DNA of 64,000 bases from Octopus sinensis (taxonomy: Eukaryota). Position 1 is the stretch's first letter. Every line of letters begins with the position of its first letter. The DNA lies in NCBI RefSeq assembly GCF_006345805.1, contig NW_021836305.1:2778-66777 (forward strand). Reading direction: 5' to 3'. The notes beneath the pieces are model-generated. The model ran no database searches. It had not been told where the DNA came from and saw nothing but the letters and a program-made list of their open reading frames with translations. A program made the translations under genes and the position numbers. Positions 26,771-39,102 of this stretch are shown here, in pieces.

Positions 26771-27794
26771 TCTGAAGGTTCATGGCCTAGTAGTTAGGAT
26801 TTTAAGCTATTGATCATAGGTTGTTGGTTCAATTTCTAGGCCAAGTAACATGTTATTATACCCTTGAGCAATGCATTTCATTTCATGTTGCTCCAGTGCC
26901 TACTGTGTGTTGGTATAGCCCGCCATCTCTGTGGCGGTCACCGCTTCTTTGATCCAATGAATTTAAAGAAGAATGTGCTGAGAATGTCTGTGTCTGCTGT
27001 TATGATTGTGCAGTTGTCACAAACAATTAGTGAAAGAATCATACAAGTTATTAGGTCATAATCACTTGTGTGGAAAGCCTATGGTTATTATATATATAAT
27101 ATATGTGTGTTTATGTGTGTATGTATGTATACATAAATATATGTACATATATATATGTGTGTGAGTGTCTGATTGTGTGCATTTGTGAAAGACATATGAC
27201 ACAACACTAAGATGTATATAACTGATTTTCTTTACACGTCATATATATCCATAAAAGCTTGGTATCAGCTGTCTTGATCAGGAAATGCTAAGCACTGTGT
27301 ATGTATGGCTGGATGATGTGGTTGCATGTGTGTGCTAATGTACGTTCGTGGCTGTTGCCAGCCTCGCCTGGCCCCCGTGCAAAAAGCACCATCCATTCAT
27401 GGCCGTGGCCAGCGCCGCCCCGACTGGCCTCCGTGCCGGTGGCACGTAAAAGCACCATCCGTTCGTGTCCGTTGCCAGCCTCGCCTGGCCCCTGTGCCGG
27501 TGGCACATAAAAGCACCATCCGTTCGTGGCCGTTTGCCAGCTCCGTCTGGCACCTGTGTGGGTGGCACGTAAAAAGCACCCACTATACTCGCGGAGTGGT
27601 TGGCATTAGGAAGGGCATCCAGCCGTAGAAACACTGCCAGATCAGACTGGGCCTGATCCAGCCTTCTGGCTTCCCAGACCCCAGTTGAACCATCCAACCC
27701 ATGCTAGCATGGAAAGCGGATGCTAAATGATGATGATGATATATGCATTACAATATCAGTAAAAATCACCACCACCTCCAACATCACCTCTACC

Positions 27795-28400
27795 ATCATC
27801 ATCATCATCATCATCATCATTTCTATGTCCAAGTTTCCCTGCTTGCATTAGTTGGACATGTTGCCTCTTGCAAAACGTTTCTTTGTTAGCTATTGTCCCT
27901 TGTTGTCAACTCCCACATGAGATCAGCTTTCACCACTTTCACCCATATCTTCTTCGGCAATCTTCTTCTGTAGGTTCCTTCCATCCGGATTTCTTGGCCC
28001 TTCTTTACCCAGTTGTCATCTTCCACATGCGTCACATGTCTGTACCAGTAGAGTCTCCTTTCTTGCACTTAACATTGGATTCCTCATACACCAAGTCTTT
28101 TTCTCAGCTCGTTTCTGCTCTGTCATTCACGCACACTAACATTACACATTCTGCAGAGCATGGTTTCCTTATTTCTTTCCATCTTTCATGTATCTTCTGC
28201 ATATAATGCCATTCTTTCATTCCTATGTAACATTGCACTTTATGCATAAACATTATACAGTCTATCATAAAATGGAAAGAGAAACCTCTTGTTGCCTGCT
28301 GTGCTAATAGCTCTCTGAACTTTGCCCACCACGGTTACTATATTTTCAGGACACTCAGCCCCTCTGTTAATAAGTCATCTTAATTATCAGCTAGAGTCAC
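27795..28400 (-). mobile_element. Older RTE-clade LINE 3' fragment
   Basis: MQERRLYWYRHV..EDDNWVKK C-terminal RTE motif; (CAT)n tail at left end. Confidence 0.7.
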
Positions 28401-28469
28401 CAAATACAGCTGTTTGAGCATTTGGAAGACATTTTCCCACTGGTGATCTAACTGTTAATTACTCCTGTA

Positions 28470-28788
28470 TTCTTTGTAAGCCTAGCACTCATTCTATCGA
28501 TCTCTTTTGCCAAACTGCTAAGTTACAGGGATGTAAACACACCAGCATCAGTTGTCAAGCGATGTTGGGGGGACAGACACAGACACACAAACACAAACAC
28601 ACATATAGACATGTACATATATATGACGGGCTTCTTTCAGTTTCCATCTACCAAATCCACTCACAAGGCTTTGGTCGGCCTAAGGCTATAGCAGAAGACA
28701 CTTACCCAAGATGCCACGCAGTGGAACTGAACCCGGAACCAAGTGGTTGATAAGCAAGCTACTTACCACACAGCCACTCCTACGCCTA
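28470..28788 (-). mobile_element. tRNA-derived SINE (family B)
   Basis: Minus strand ggagtggctgtgtggtaagtagcttg...ccgggttcagttcc head; many copies in the window. Confidence 0.85.
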
Positions 28789-28915
28789 TAAATTTTGGGA
28801 AAAAAGTGCAGATTATACTCGAGGATTTACAGTAAACAGATATATGGGAAAGGAAACTGTCGATGGAGGTAGAGTAACATGTGTATGTTTGCCTGTGTGT
28901 TTGTGTGTATGGATG

Positions 28916-28946
<31 letters not shown>

Positions 28947-29047
28947 TGTGAAGTGTGTGTGTGTGAGTATTCAGAAAAAAAGAATGCCAAGGAACAAAAA
29001 GAGCAAAGGAAGTTAGTCAGAAAATATGAGTATGAGTATGGATAAAT

Positions 29048-29223
29048 AAGTGGCTGTGAGGTATGTAGCTTGCTTACCAACCACATGGTTCCGGGTTCAG
29101 TCCCACGGCGTGGCACCTTGGGCAAGTGTCTTCTACTATAGCCTCGGACCGACCAAAGCCTTGTGAGTGGATTTGGTAGAGGGAAACTGAAAGAAGCCCA
29201 TCGTATATATGTATGTGTGTGTG

Positions 29224-29256
<33 letters not shown>

Positions 29257-29435
29257 TCGCCCCAACATCGTATGACAACTGATGCTGGTGTGTTTATGTC
29301 CCCGTAACTTAGCGGTTCGGCAAAAGAGACCGATAGAATAAGTACTAGGGGTAAAAGGAACAAGTCCTGAGGTTGATTTGCTCGACTAAAGGTGTTGCTC
29401 CAGCATGGCCACGGTCAAATGATTGAAACAATTAA
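29048..29435 (+). mobile_element. tRNA-derived SINE (family B), near full length
   Basis: gtggctgtg..ggttccgggttcagtccca head, internal (TG)n, aaatgattgaaacaa tail; further copies near 32660, 33860, 49440, 50620, 59600, 62510. Confidence 0.85.
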
Positions 29436-29739
29436 AACAATGATAAATAAATAAATAAATAAATAAATAGATGAATATAATAAATAAATAAATAAATAAA
29501 TAGATTAATATAATAATTATAAATATGACTTGTAAGGCAGAGACAAAACAATAAAAATACTGAACACAGGCAAAATGGTAGATGTGAAAAAAAAAAAAAG
29601 AAGCAGTTACAAAATCAAAAAAGAAATATGTAAATGAAGACAGGAAAAATTTTTTTTAATAAAAAAGGAAAAAAAACAGAAACCAAAAAATAAAGAAGAA
29701 CAAAAGTGGAGGGGGGAGCAAAAAAGGAGATGATTGTTG

Positions 29740-31340
29740 TCTTGAGAACAGGTTTATGTGTAACTCAGTCTCTCTCACACCGGACACTATATCTACTAGG
29801 AAATTTACACCAGCAATGCTACAATGCCACCTTAAGAATGAACGCAACTATGCCTCTCCTGGTCTTGACAGTGTTACATACCTACTTCTCAAACGCGGTG
29901 GGTACTTTCTTCTAAACCAACTTTCACTATTCTTCCAATTCTGTCTTGACAATGATGTTACTCCAGAGCAGTGGAAAACTGCCAGTGTTATCCCTCTGTT
30001 CAAAAAGCGTGACCGCACATTGCCTGTCAACTATCGCCCCATTAGTCTTACTACCTGCATTGCCAAACTGATGGAATCCTATGTCAAGGAAACCCTCTGG
30101 AACTTCTGGAAGTCTCACAGCCTCATCCAGCCGTCACAATTTGGATTTATTCCTAACTCCAGCTGCTGTAATCAACTCATCGAGTTTCTTGAGGACATTA
30201 CCCAAATCACTGATCGCGGATCCTGGGTGGATGTTGTTTACCTGGACTTTGCTAAGCCTTTTAACTCTGTGCCACACAAATGACTTATGGTGAAACTCTC
30301 TGCGTTGGGTGTAAGAGACGATCTCTATAACTGGTAGAAGTCCTTTATCGGCCAAAAAGAGGTTGTCACAGTTCTAGGACAGCACTCTTCACCCTATGAG
30401 ATGACATCTGGTGTACCACAGGGATCTGTTCTTGGCCCCCTTTTATTTGTTGCATATGTTAATGACATAGATGCCAACTTAAAGAATGCCACAGTGCTGA
30501 AATCTGCAGATGACATCAAGCTGTACCTCGAAATAAAGAGGTCAGATCCTGAACACTATAGATCTCTATTGCAATCAGACCTGGACACAATGCAGCAGTG
30601 GATCATGGACTGGCAACTCAAGCTGGCTGTGGACAAATGTACCACCATGCATTTTGGGAGGAAAAACCCAGCGTCTACTTACTCCCTTCACAACACTAAT
30701 CTCAAAAAGTCTTCGTGTGAACGTGACCTGGGCGTTATTGTCGACAGCGATTTGCATTGGACAAAACACATTGCTAAAATTGCCAAGAAGGCTTGAGAGT
30801 GTCTTGGCATCACTCACCAAGTCCTTTGTGAGCCACTCTCCGGCTATCTATCAGTGGCTTTATATAGCTATGGTGCGACCTCACCTGGAATTTGCATCAC
30901 CGGTCTGGAACCCCTATCTTGCCAAGGATATTTGCCATATTCTGAACGCCTTACTTCCCTGGGCATGGACACATTGAAACGCCGACGTCTGGCAGCTGAC
31001 TTGGCAGACACCCATAACATTTTTAACCATCTTACAAACCATAACTCTGAGCACCTTTTCAAACTCCACCTGTTAAACACCCATGGACATGTTTACAAAG
31101 TCAGAAAACAGCACAGCTCCCATGACTTTCGGAAACATTTTTTCATGCTAAGAGTTGCTGAAGCATGGAACAAACTGCCAGCATTAGTTGTTAGTTGTCA
31201 GAGCACTGCATCCTTCAAAACTTCCATGCTTCCTGAGATTCGCCAACACTACACCTGATTTTCTCCCCTCCATACACACGCAAGCATGTATCTGACTCAT
31301 ACACTGTTCGCTTTCCAGACATTTGTACATTACTGTATGT
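29740..31340 (+). mobile_element. 5'-truncated CR1-group LINE, disrupted RT
   Basis: WKTASVIPLFKK..NYRPISLT, QFGF, YLDFAK, GVPQGSVLGPLLF, ADDIK, RPHLEFAS..W.P, V.EAWNKLP motifs with stops and a 58-bp deletion. Confidence 0.92.
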
Positions 31341-31727
31341 AATTGGTATGCACAACAGAGAAAGCGGGTGAGTGGGAGGTAGGGTGTGTCTGATTTAAAT
31401 ATCAGGCTGACTGCATATTTTACCTGTGTGTAGTTGGATATTATTTTGATGTTGAACGGATATTTTGTGTGTCCTCTGTAGAAAAAGAGGTAGGTAAAGA
31501 TATCTTTTTGGTTGGGATGGTGGTGTTCATAGGGTTATGATACCCGGATGCTATTATATATATATATATATACACACACTTGTACATTTATGCAATATGT
31601 ATGTATGCGTATGTCTATCCTTCTGTCTCTCAATATGTTCATACTGTTGCATGTTAGGCATGTATCTACATATATCTTTATATACATATATATATATATG
31701 TATGTATATATATAATATATATGTATA

Positions 31728-31761
<34 letters not shown>

Positions 31762-31790
31762 GTATGTATATATATAATATATATATATAT

Positions 31791-31924
31791 GTGACCATGT
31801 AGAAGCTCCATTTTTATTTTTACACATGTGTGTGTAATAGTTTGTCAGTATGCATGTATGCATGTATTTGTGTTGCTGTTTATGTGTGTGTGTCTGTGTG
31901 TGTGCATGTGTGTGAGTGTGTGAG

Positions 31925-31973
<49 letters not shown>

Positions 31974-31975
31974 AG

Positions 31976-32053
<78 letters not shown>

Positions 32054-32186
32054 CTCACCACACTCACACATGCACACACACAGACACACACACATAAACA
32101 GCAACACAAATACATGCATACATGCATACTGACAAACTATTGCACACACATGTGTAAAAATAAAAATGGAGCTTCTACATGGTCAC
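31791..32186. repeat. Fold-back palindrome with ~140-bp arms around (AT)n
   Basis: 31791-31930 is the reverse complement of 32048-32186. Confidence 0.9.
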
Positions 32187-33566
32187 ATAATGTGTTAAAA
32201 AATGCAGCCAAACCTCCCTCTAACGTTGTCCTAGATACGTTATTCCTGAGAGCAACTCTTTCAATTACAGATCTAATCAATCAGTACTGACCTAGGGTTG
32301 TACAATAACAGATACGCTCAGATATGGGAGTAGATGGACCCTGAACAAAAGTACCCTATGATAGTGTTCTGCATGTTAAATACTTTTCCAGCCGTGTCTC
32401 TCACACAAGTGTAAAATAGAGAGTAAGAAAAACTTTGAATAAGTAAGATAATCACTCACTTTTTCTCTCTACCTAATGTCAAAGATATGTAGTACATTTC
32501 TGTTATAATCTGAGTCCAGACTAAAAATTTTCGGTTCATCTTTGGTGTTACAAGAAGTTTGTTGGTCTCTCGGTCAACTGTACCCCACAATAATCAAGAG
32601 AATTGCAGAGTTAGGTGATCAGATGTTAGGGGTGACGTGGTTCCAGAAATTGTCCGACAGTGTGTGTATATGTTTGTGTGTCTGTGTTTGTCCCCCCAAC
32701 ATCACTTCACAACTGATGCTGGTGTGTTTAGGTCTCCGTAACTTAGCGGGTCAGCATAAGAGACCGATAGAATAAGTACTAGGCTTACAAAGAATAAGTC
32801 CTGGGGTCAATTGCTTGACTAAAGGCGGTGCTCCAGTATGGCCACAGTCAAATGACTGAAACAAGTAAAAGAGAGTAAAGAGTATACACACATATATACA
32901 TAGATGGTTGTATGTGAGTGTGTGTCTGTGTGTCTTTGTGTTTGTTTCCCTCCTTGTTCAGCATAACAAGTGAGGCAATTTCTTTGACTAAACCCTTCAA
33001 GGCAGTGTCCAAGTAAGGCTGTTGTCCGATGACTGGAGCAAGTAACAAGTTAAAAAATACAAGATCCATCGATATAATTGCATTCTCTTTATTAGTGTCT
33101 TTAATTGCCAATCCATTATAATTTTTCAAACCAGTTATGCTGATGCTGATAGCATGTAAAAAGCATCCAGTCAACCTGTATACTCTGTAAAGTGGCTGGC
33201 ATTAGGAAGGGCATCAAGCTGTGGAAACCAAACCAAAACAGACTATGAAAGCTGGTGTGGCCCCTGGCCTTGCAAGCTCCTGTCAAGCCGTCCAACCCAT
33301 GCCAGCTTGGAAAATGGAATTCAAATGATGATGATGCTGATGATGCTGATGATGATGATGATGATGATGGTGATGATGATTCAGTCGTTTTGAAGTTTGA
33401 CTTCATCTATCTTTATCAGTTTCATCTCGAGAGCTACGGCCATGCTGGGGCACTGCCATTAATTCTTTGTTTTTGTATAGTATTATATGATAAATTCAAA
33501 CCTTGTATTCCTATCCACTGATGAAAAATAGTTGCTTTTGTTTCTGACAAACTAGTAATCATTATT

Positions 33567-33725
33567 TACATTATTTACATTATTTACATTTGACGGATAT
33601 TTGTCCTCATCTTGTTTGTTGTTAACACAACATTTCGGCTGATATACCCTCCAGCCTTCATCAGGTGTTTTGGGGAAATGTCGACCCTGGGTTCTCATTC
33701 ATAAGGGTTTTTTTGAAAGCTTAGT
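33567..33725 (-). mobile_element. Short non-autonomous retroposon carrying a hammerhead motif
   Basis: 18-bp TSD aaactagtaatcattatt at 33549-33566 and 33726-33743; (aatgtaaat)n 3' tail on minus strand. Confidence 0.75.
33624..33669 (-). ncRNA. Minimal type I hammerhead ribozyme motif
   Basis: Minus strand aacac CTGATGA a ggctg gagggtatat cagcc GAAA tg T T gtgtt; both core boxes and stems I and II present. Confidence 0.7.
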
Positions 33726-33943
33726 AAACTAGTAATCATTATTATTCTTTCCAAATTATTCTACAAGTTGTCATTTTCTACAAAGTTCTAAAGCCTTATC
33801 TTTAATTTCATTCTAATAAGATTGCCAAAAAGGTATTCACTTATTCTTTTATTCATTTAAACACACCAGCATCAGTTGTCAGCGATGTTGGGTGGGGTGG
33901 GGAAACAAAGACACACAAACATATACACACACATACACACACA

Positions 33944-34029
<86 letters not shown>

Positions 34030-34414
34030 TACGGGGCTTCTCTCAGCTTCTGTCTACGAAATCCACTCACAAGGCTTTGGTTGGTCCAAGGCTATAGTAG
34101 AAGACACTTGCCCAAACTGCCACGCAGTGGGACTGAACCCAGAACCATGTGGTTGGTAAGCAACCTACTTACCACACAGCCACTCCTACACCTCTGTGAT
34201 AATATATTAGGAATGACAGATGTGTTGATTGGATTCTTGCTGTTCTGCTTGCACTCCATGAAGTATACTTAATTTTATTATATAAAATGATATGTTCCCT
34301 AAAATAAGGAATTCTTTCATCTGTATGTAGTAAGGAGGCCCTATTGGAGTGGGGGATAACCTCTTAATAGAGAATTTCAGGGAAAGTTGGTCAAAACAAT
34401 CATCATCCTCATCA

Positions 34415-34445
<31 letters not shown>

Positions 34446-35719
34446 CTGTCTGTTTGCCATGTTGGTATGGGTTGGATGGCTTGATAGTAACTGGTAAGCC
34501 AAAGGGCTGCACCAGGTTCCGTAGCCTGTTTTGGCTTGAATTTTAAAACTGGATGCCCTTCATAATGTCAACCCAGCTTTTTATGTACTGGATGCTTTTC
34601 ATGTAGCACCATCACCAATGTTTTTTTTTTAAGTGGCACCAGCACCCCAACCAATGCTTTTTACATGGCACCCTGGTTTTAGGATGGAAATTCTTAAACC
34701 TCATTTATGATATATAATGGACTTAACATCGAGAAACCTAAAGAGAGGAAGCATTACACATTTGTACAGCAAAACAATTGAAGAAGCTTTTTCAACTTTT
34801 AATATATGACTTGTAGTTCTTTCAAGGAGTATTTTTTGAAGCATCCTATGACTTTTCTTATATATACATTGTTACTTGATACTTTTGTATGTGTAGCAGA
34901 TCAAAAGTGGAGAGGGATTACAGGTAATTAGATCGGGAGAGTAGCAGAATGTTTTGATTCCATAGACACAGTTTTCAGTGCATTAGGTACATAAACCACA
35001 CACACGCATACACATGGTTGTTGTTAATAAAAAGAACAAGTAATTGAAGACCAGTGATGTGAAAAATCACTACAATTCAATGTGTGACCTGAAGAAAATT
35101 GACCTGCTATTTCTAGCAGACTAAGTAACCACACACAATCTATTTTCTTAGTGGAGGGAAATAAAAACATGTCACAGGAAAAATAGTGAAAGTATAATAT
35201 TTTATGTTTATGTATTTGTTTTGCAAGACTCTTGATGGGAAATCATGTGTTGAAACAGATACAAGATCTGATTAATAAGTATACGGACTGTTGCCATAGT
35301 AACGAAACTAAAGAGTAAAGATGTTTGGCAAAGATTGAGCTTGTACTCTGCTGTGCATGCACACTAAGTTTTAAATCGAAAGCACGAAACTAATCGGGCG
35401 GTGTCGGCCACGTACGCGCGGACCTAGCCGCGACCGATGCTGCGAGGTACAGGCGTTCGATACGGCGACGTGGTCCGTCTCGTAAATTCCCGAAAGATGA
35501 CAAACTGCGGCCGGTGCCGGTACCGGCGGGCCTGCGCCCGCGCCTTCGCCCGCGCCTCCGGCGCGCTACCGCGAGGCTGAATTGGGGGCTTCAGCGAAGC
35601 TTGCGCTCTCGCCCACGTACACGTGGACGTAGGCGCGATCGATGCCGTCAGTCGCCGGGAGTGCGTGGCGACATGCACCGGGTAAAAACAGCGACGCGGT
35701 CCGACCCGTGAGTTATGGA

Positions 35720-35815
35720 GGTGCTCGGACCGTAAGCAAACGGATCGGCCCCGGCTGGATAGTCACGCCTCTAGGTGACCGTCGCACCCCGAGGGGGTCA
35801 AGACTATATTGAGGG
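35720..35815 (+). promoter_or_regulatory. Putative Pol I spacer promoter 1
   Basis: Copy of the block preceding the ETS, ending gactatattgaggg. Confidence 0.6.
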
Positions 35816-36808
35816 CTTGCAGTCGGCAGGTTTCATGCCTCGGGGACCGTTCGGCAGGACGCCAGAGACGTCAGCCTGCGACGCCGCCAGCCCGGCGGGC
35901 GGCCGCCGCCTTCGCGCCGCCTCGCTTTCTCCCGTTCGTCCGCGAGCCGCGGGGCCGTTAGCGGCAGGGCCGCGCCGGTCGCCCGTTCCTCCGCCGCGCT
36001 ACCGTGCCCGAAACCGAAAGAACGAACCCACGCTCGCGGTACGGCCCACGGACGCGTGGACGTAGCCGCCACCGATGTTGGAAGGGCGTTCACGAGATGC
36101 ACGCCGTCGATACGGCGACGCGGTCCGTCCCGTAAAAACCCGAAAGATGGCAAACTGCGGCTAGCACGGTCGCCCGTTGCTCCGCCGCGCTACCGTGCCC
36201 GAAATCGAAAGAACGAACCCAAGCTCGCGTCATGGCCCACGTACGCGTGGACGTAGCCGCCAGCGATGCCGGAAGGCGTTCACGAGATGAACGCGCTCGA
36301 TACGGCGACGCGGTCCGTCCCGTAAAATCCCGAAAGATGACGAAAACTGCGGCTAGCGCGATGTAGCGGCAGGCCTGCGCAAGGCCTGCGCCGGTCGCCC
36401 GCGTCTCCGCCGCCGAACCGTGCGTGGAATCGAAAGCACGAAACTAAGCGGGCGGTGTCGGCCACGTACGCGTGGACCTAGCCGCGACCGATGTTGCGAG
36501 GTACGGGCGTTCGATACGGCGACGTGGTCCGTCTCGTAAATTCCCGAAAGATGACAAACTGCGGCCGGAGCCGGTAGCGGCGGGCCTTCGCCCGCGCCTT
36601 CGCCCGCGCCTTCGCCCGCGCCTCCGCCCGCGCCTCCGCCCGCGCCTCCGCCGCGCTACCGCGAGGCCGAAGCGGAGCTTGAGCGAAGCTGGCGCTCTCG
36701 CCCACGTACACGTGGAGGTAGGCGCGATCGATGCCGTCAGTCGCCGGGAGTGCGTGGCGATATGCACCGGGTAAAAACAGCGACGTGGTCCGACCCGTGA
36801 GTTCAGGA

Positions 36809-36904
36809 GGTGCTCGGACCGTAAGCAAACGGATCGGCCCCGGCTGGATAGTCACGCCTCTAGGTGACCGTCGCACCCCAAGGGGGTCAAGACTATATTG
36901 AGGG
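36809..36904 (+). promoter_or_regulatory. Putative Pol I spacer promoter 2
   Basis: Same block, tatattgaggg at 36894-36904. Confidence 0.6.
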
Positions 36905-38060
36905 CTTGCAGTCGGCAGGTTTCATGCCTCGGGGACCGTTCGGCAGGACGCCAGAGACGTCAGCCTGCGATGCCGTCAGCCCGGCGGGCGGCCGCCGCCT
37001 TCGCGCCGCCTCGCTTTCTCCCGTTCGTCCGCGAGCCGCGGGGCCGTTAGCGGCAGGCCCGCGCCGGTCGCCCGTTCCTCCGCCGCGCGACCGTGCCCGA
37101 AACCGAAAGAACGAACCCACGCTCGCGGTACGGCCCACGGACGCGTGGACGTAGCCGCCACCGATGTTGGAAGGGCGTTCACGAGATGCACGCCGTCGAT
37201 ACGGCGACGCGGTCCGTCCCGTAAAAACCCGAAAGATGGCAAACTGCGGCTAGCACGGTCGCCCGTTGCTCCGCCGCCCTAGCGTGCCCGAAATCGAAAG
37301 AACGAACTTGAGCGTGCGGTCTCGCCCACGTACGCGTGGACGTAGCCGCGACCGATGCCGGAAGGCGTTCACGAGATGCACGCCGTCGATACGGCGACGT
37401 GCTGCGTCCCGTGAAAACACGAAAGATGGCAAAACTGCGTCTAGCATGGTCGCCCGTTGCTCCGCCGCCCAGACGTGACCGAAATCGAAAGAACGAACCT
37501 AAGCTCGCGGTGCGACCCCCGTACGCGTGGACGTAGCCGCCACCGGTGCCGGAAGGCGTTCACGAGATACCGGCGCTCGATAGGAGTACGTGGTCCGTCC
37601 CGTAATAATCCCGAAAGATGACGAACTGCGGCTAGCACGAGGTAGCGGCGGAAGGCGTGCTCCGGTCGCCCGCGTCTCCGCCGCCCTACCGTGCGTGAAA
37701 TCGAAAGCACGAACTTGAGCGTGCGGTCTCGCCCGCGTACGCGTGGACGTAGCCGCGACCGATGTCGCGACGTGCGGGCGTTCGATGCGGCGACGCGGTC
37801 CGTCCCGTAAATTTCCGAAAGATGACAAAGTGCGGCCGGTGCAGGCAACGGCCGATTGCGGCGGGCATGCGCCGCCTTCTACCGCCTTCGCCCGCAGCTC
37901 CGCCGCGCTACCGCGACGCTCTAGTGGGACTTGAGCGAAACTCGCGCTCTCGCCCGCGTACACGTGGACGTAGGCGCGATCGATGCCGTCAGTCGCCGGG
38001 AGTGCGTGGCGATATGCACCGGGTAAAGACAGCGACGTGGTCCGACCCGTGAGTTAAGGA

Positions 38061-38156
38061 GGTGCTCGGACCGTAAGCAAACGGATCGGCCCCGGCTGGA
38101 TAGCCACGCCTCTAGGTGACCGTCGCACCCCAAGGGGGTCAAGACTATATTGAGGG
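38061..38156 (+). promoter_or_regulatory. Putative Pol I spacer promoter 3
   Basis: Same block, tatattgaggg at 38146-38156. Confidence 0.6.
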
Positions 38157-39005
38157 CTTGCAGTCGGCAGGTTTCATGCCTCGGGGACCGTTCGGCAGGA
38201 CGCCAGAGACGTCAGCCCGCGACGCCGTCAGCCCGGCGGGCGGCCGCCGCCTTCGCGCCGCCTCGCTTTCTCCCGTTCGTCCGCGAGCCGCGGGGCCGTT
38301 AGCGGCAGGGCCGCGCCGGTCGCCCGTTCCTCCGCCGCGCGACCGTGCCCGAAACCGAAAGAACGAACCCACGCTCGCGGTACGGCCCACGGACGCTTGG
38401 ACGTAGCCGCCACCGATGCCGGAAGGCGTTCACGAGATGCACGCCGTCGATACGGCGACGCGGTCCGTCCCGTAAAAACACGAAAGATGGCAAACTGCGG
38501 CAAGCACGGTCGCCCGTTGCTCCACCGCCCTGACGTGCCCGAAATCGAAAGAACGAAGCTAAGCTCGCGGTGCGACCCCCGAACGCGTGGACGTAGCCGC
38601 CACCGATGCCGGAAGGCGTTCACGAGATGCACGCCGTCGATACGGCGACGTGGTGCGTCCCGTGAAAACACGAAAGATGGCAAACTGCGGCTAGCACGGT
38701 CGCCCGTTGCTCCGACGTGCGGGCGTTCGATGCGGCGACGCGGTCCGTCCCGTAAATTCTCGAAAGATGACAAAGTGAGGCCGGTGCAGGCAACGGCCGA
38801 TTGCGGCGGGCATTCGCCCGCTTTCTACCGCCTTCGCCCGCAGCTCCGCCGCGCTACCGCGAGGCTCGATTGGGACTTGAGCGAAACTCGCGCTCTCGCC
38901 CGCGTACACGTGGATGTAGGCGCGATCGATGCCGTCAGTCGCCGGGAGTGCGTGGCGATATGCACCGGGTAAAAACAGCGACGTGGTCCGACCCGTGAAC
39001 AAGGA

Positions 39006-39102
39006 GGTGCTCGGACCGTAAGCAAACGGATCGGCCCCGGCTGGATAGTCACGCCTCTAGGTGACCGTCGCACCCCAAGGGGGTCCAGACTAATATGTAG
39101 GG
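39006..39102 (+). promoter_or_regulatory. Putative Pol I gene promoter / pre-rRNA initiation site
   Basis: Last copy of the block; repeat homology stops at gactaatatgtaggg, which resembles TATA..AGGG Pol I start sites. Confidence 0.6.

Larger units (their letters stand above)
30620..35374 (+). repeat. Direct segmental duplication copy A (left flank of the rDNA fragment)
   Basis: From aagctggctgtggac to cacactaagttttaa, colinear with 47562-52090. Confidence 0.95.
35375..39090 (+). repeat. rDNA intergenic spacer: ~1-kb higher-order repeats built from ~190-bp subrepeats
   Basis: Abrupt switch to high GC; units recur at periods of about 1089, 1252 and 947 bp; lies directly upstream of ETS/18S. 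Confidence 0.88.

Noticed and set aside
35371-35374. TTAA at the left junction suggesting piggyBac/Pokey activity
   Set aside because: No matching TTAA or TIR at the right junction and no transposase
35375-39090. Repeat array as a possible CRISPR, satellite or bacterial contaminant
   Set aside because: No unique spacers; it is contiguous with eukaryotic ETS-18S and fits IGS organisation
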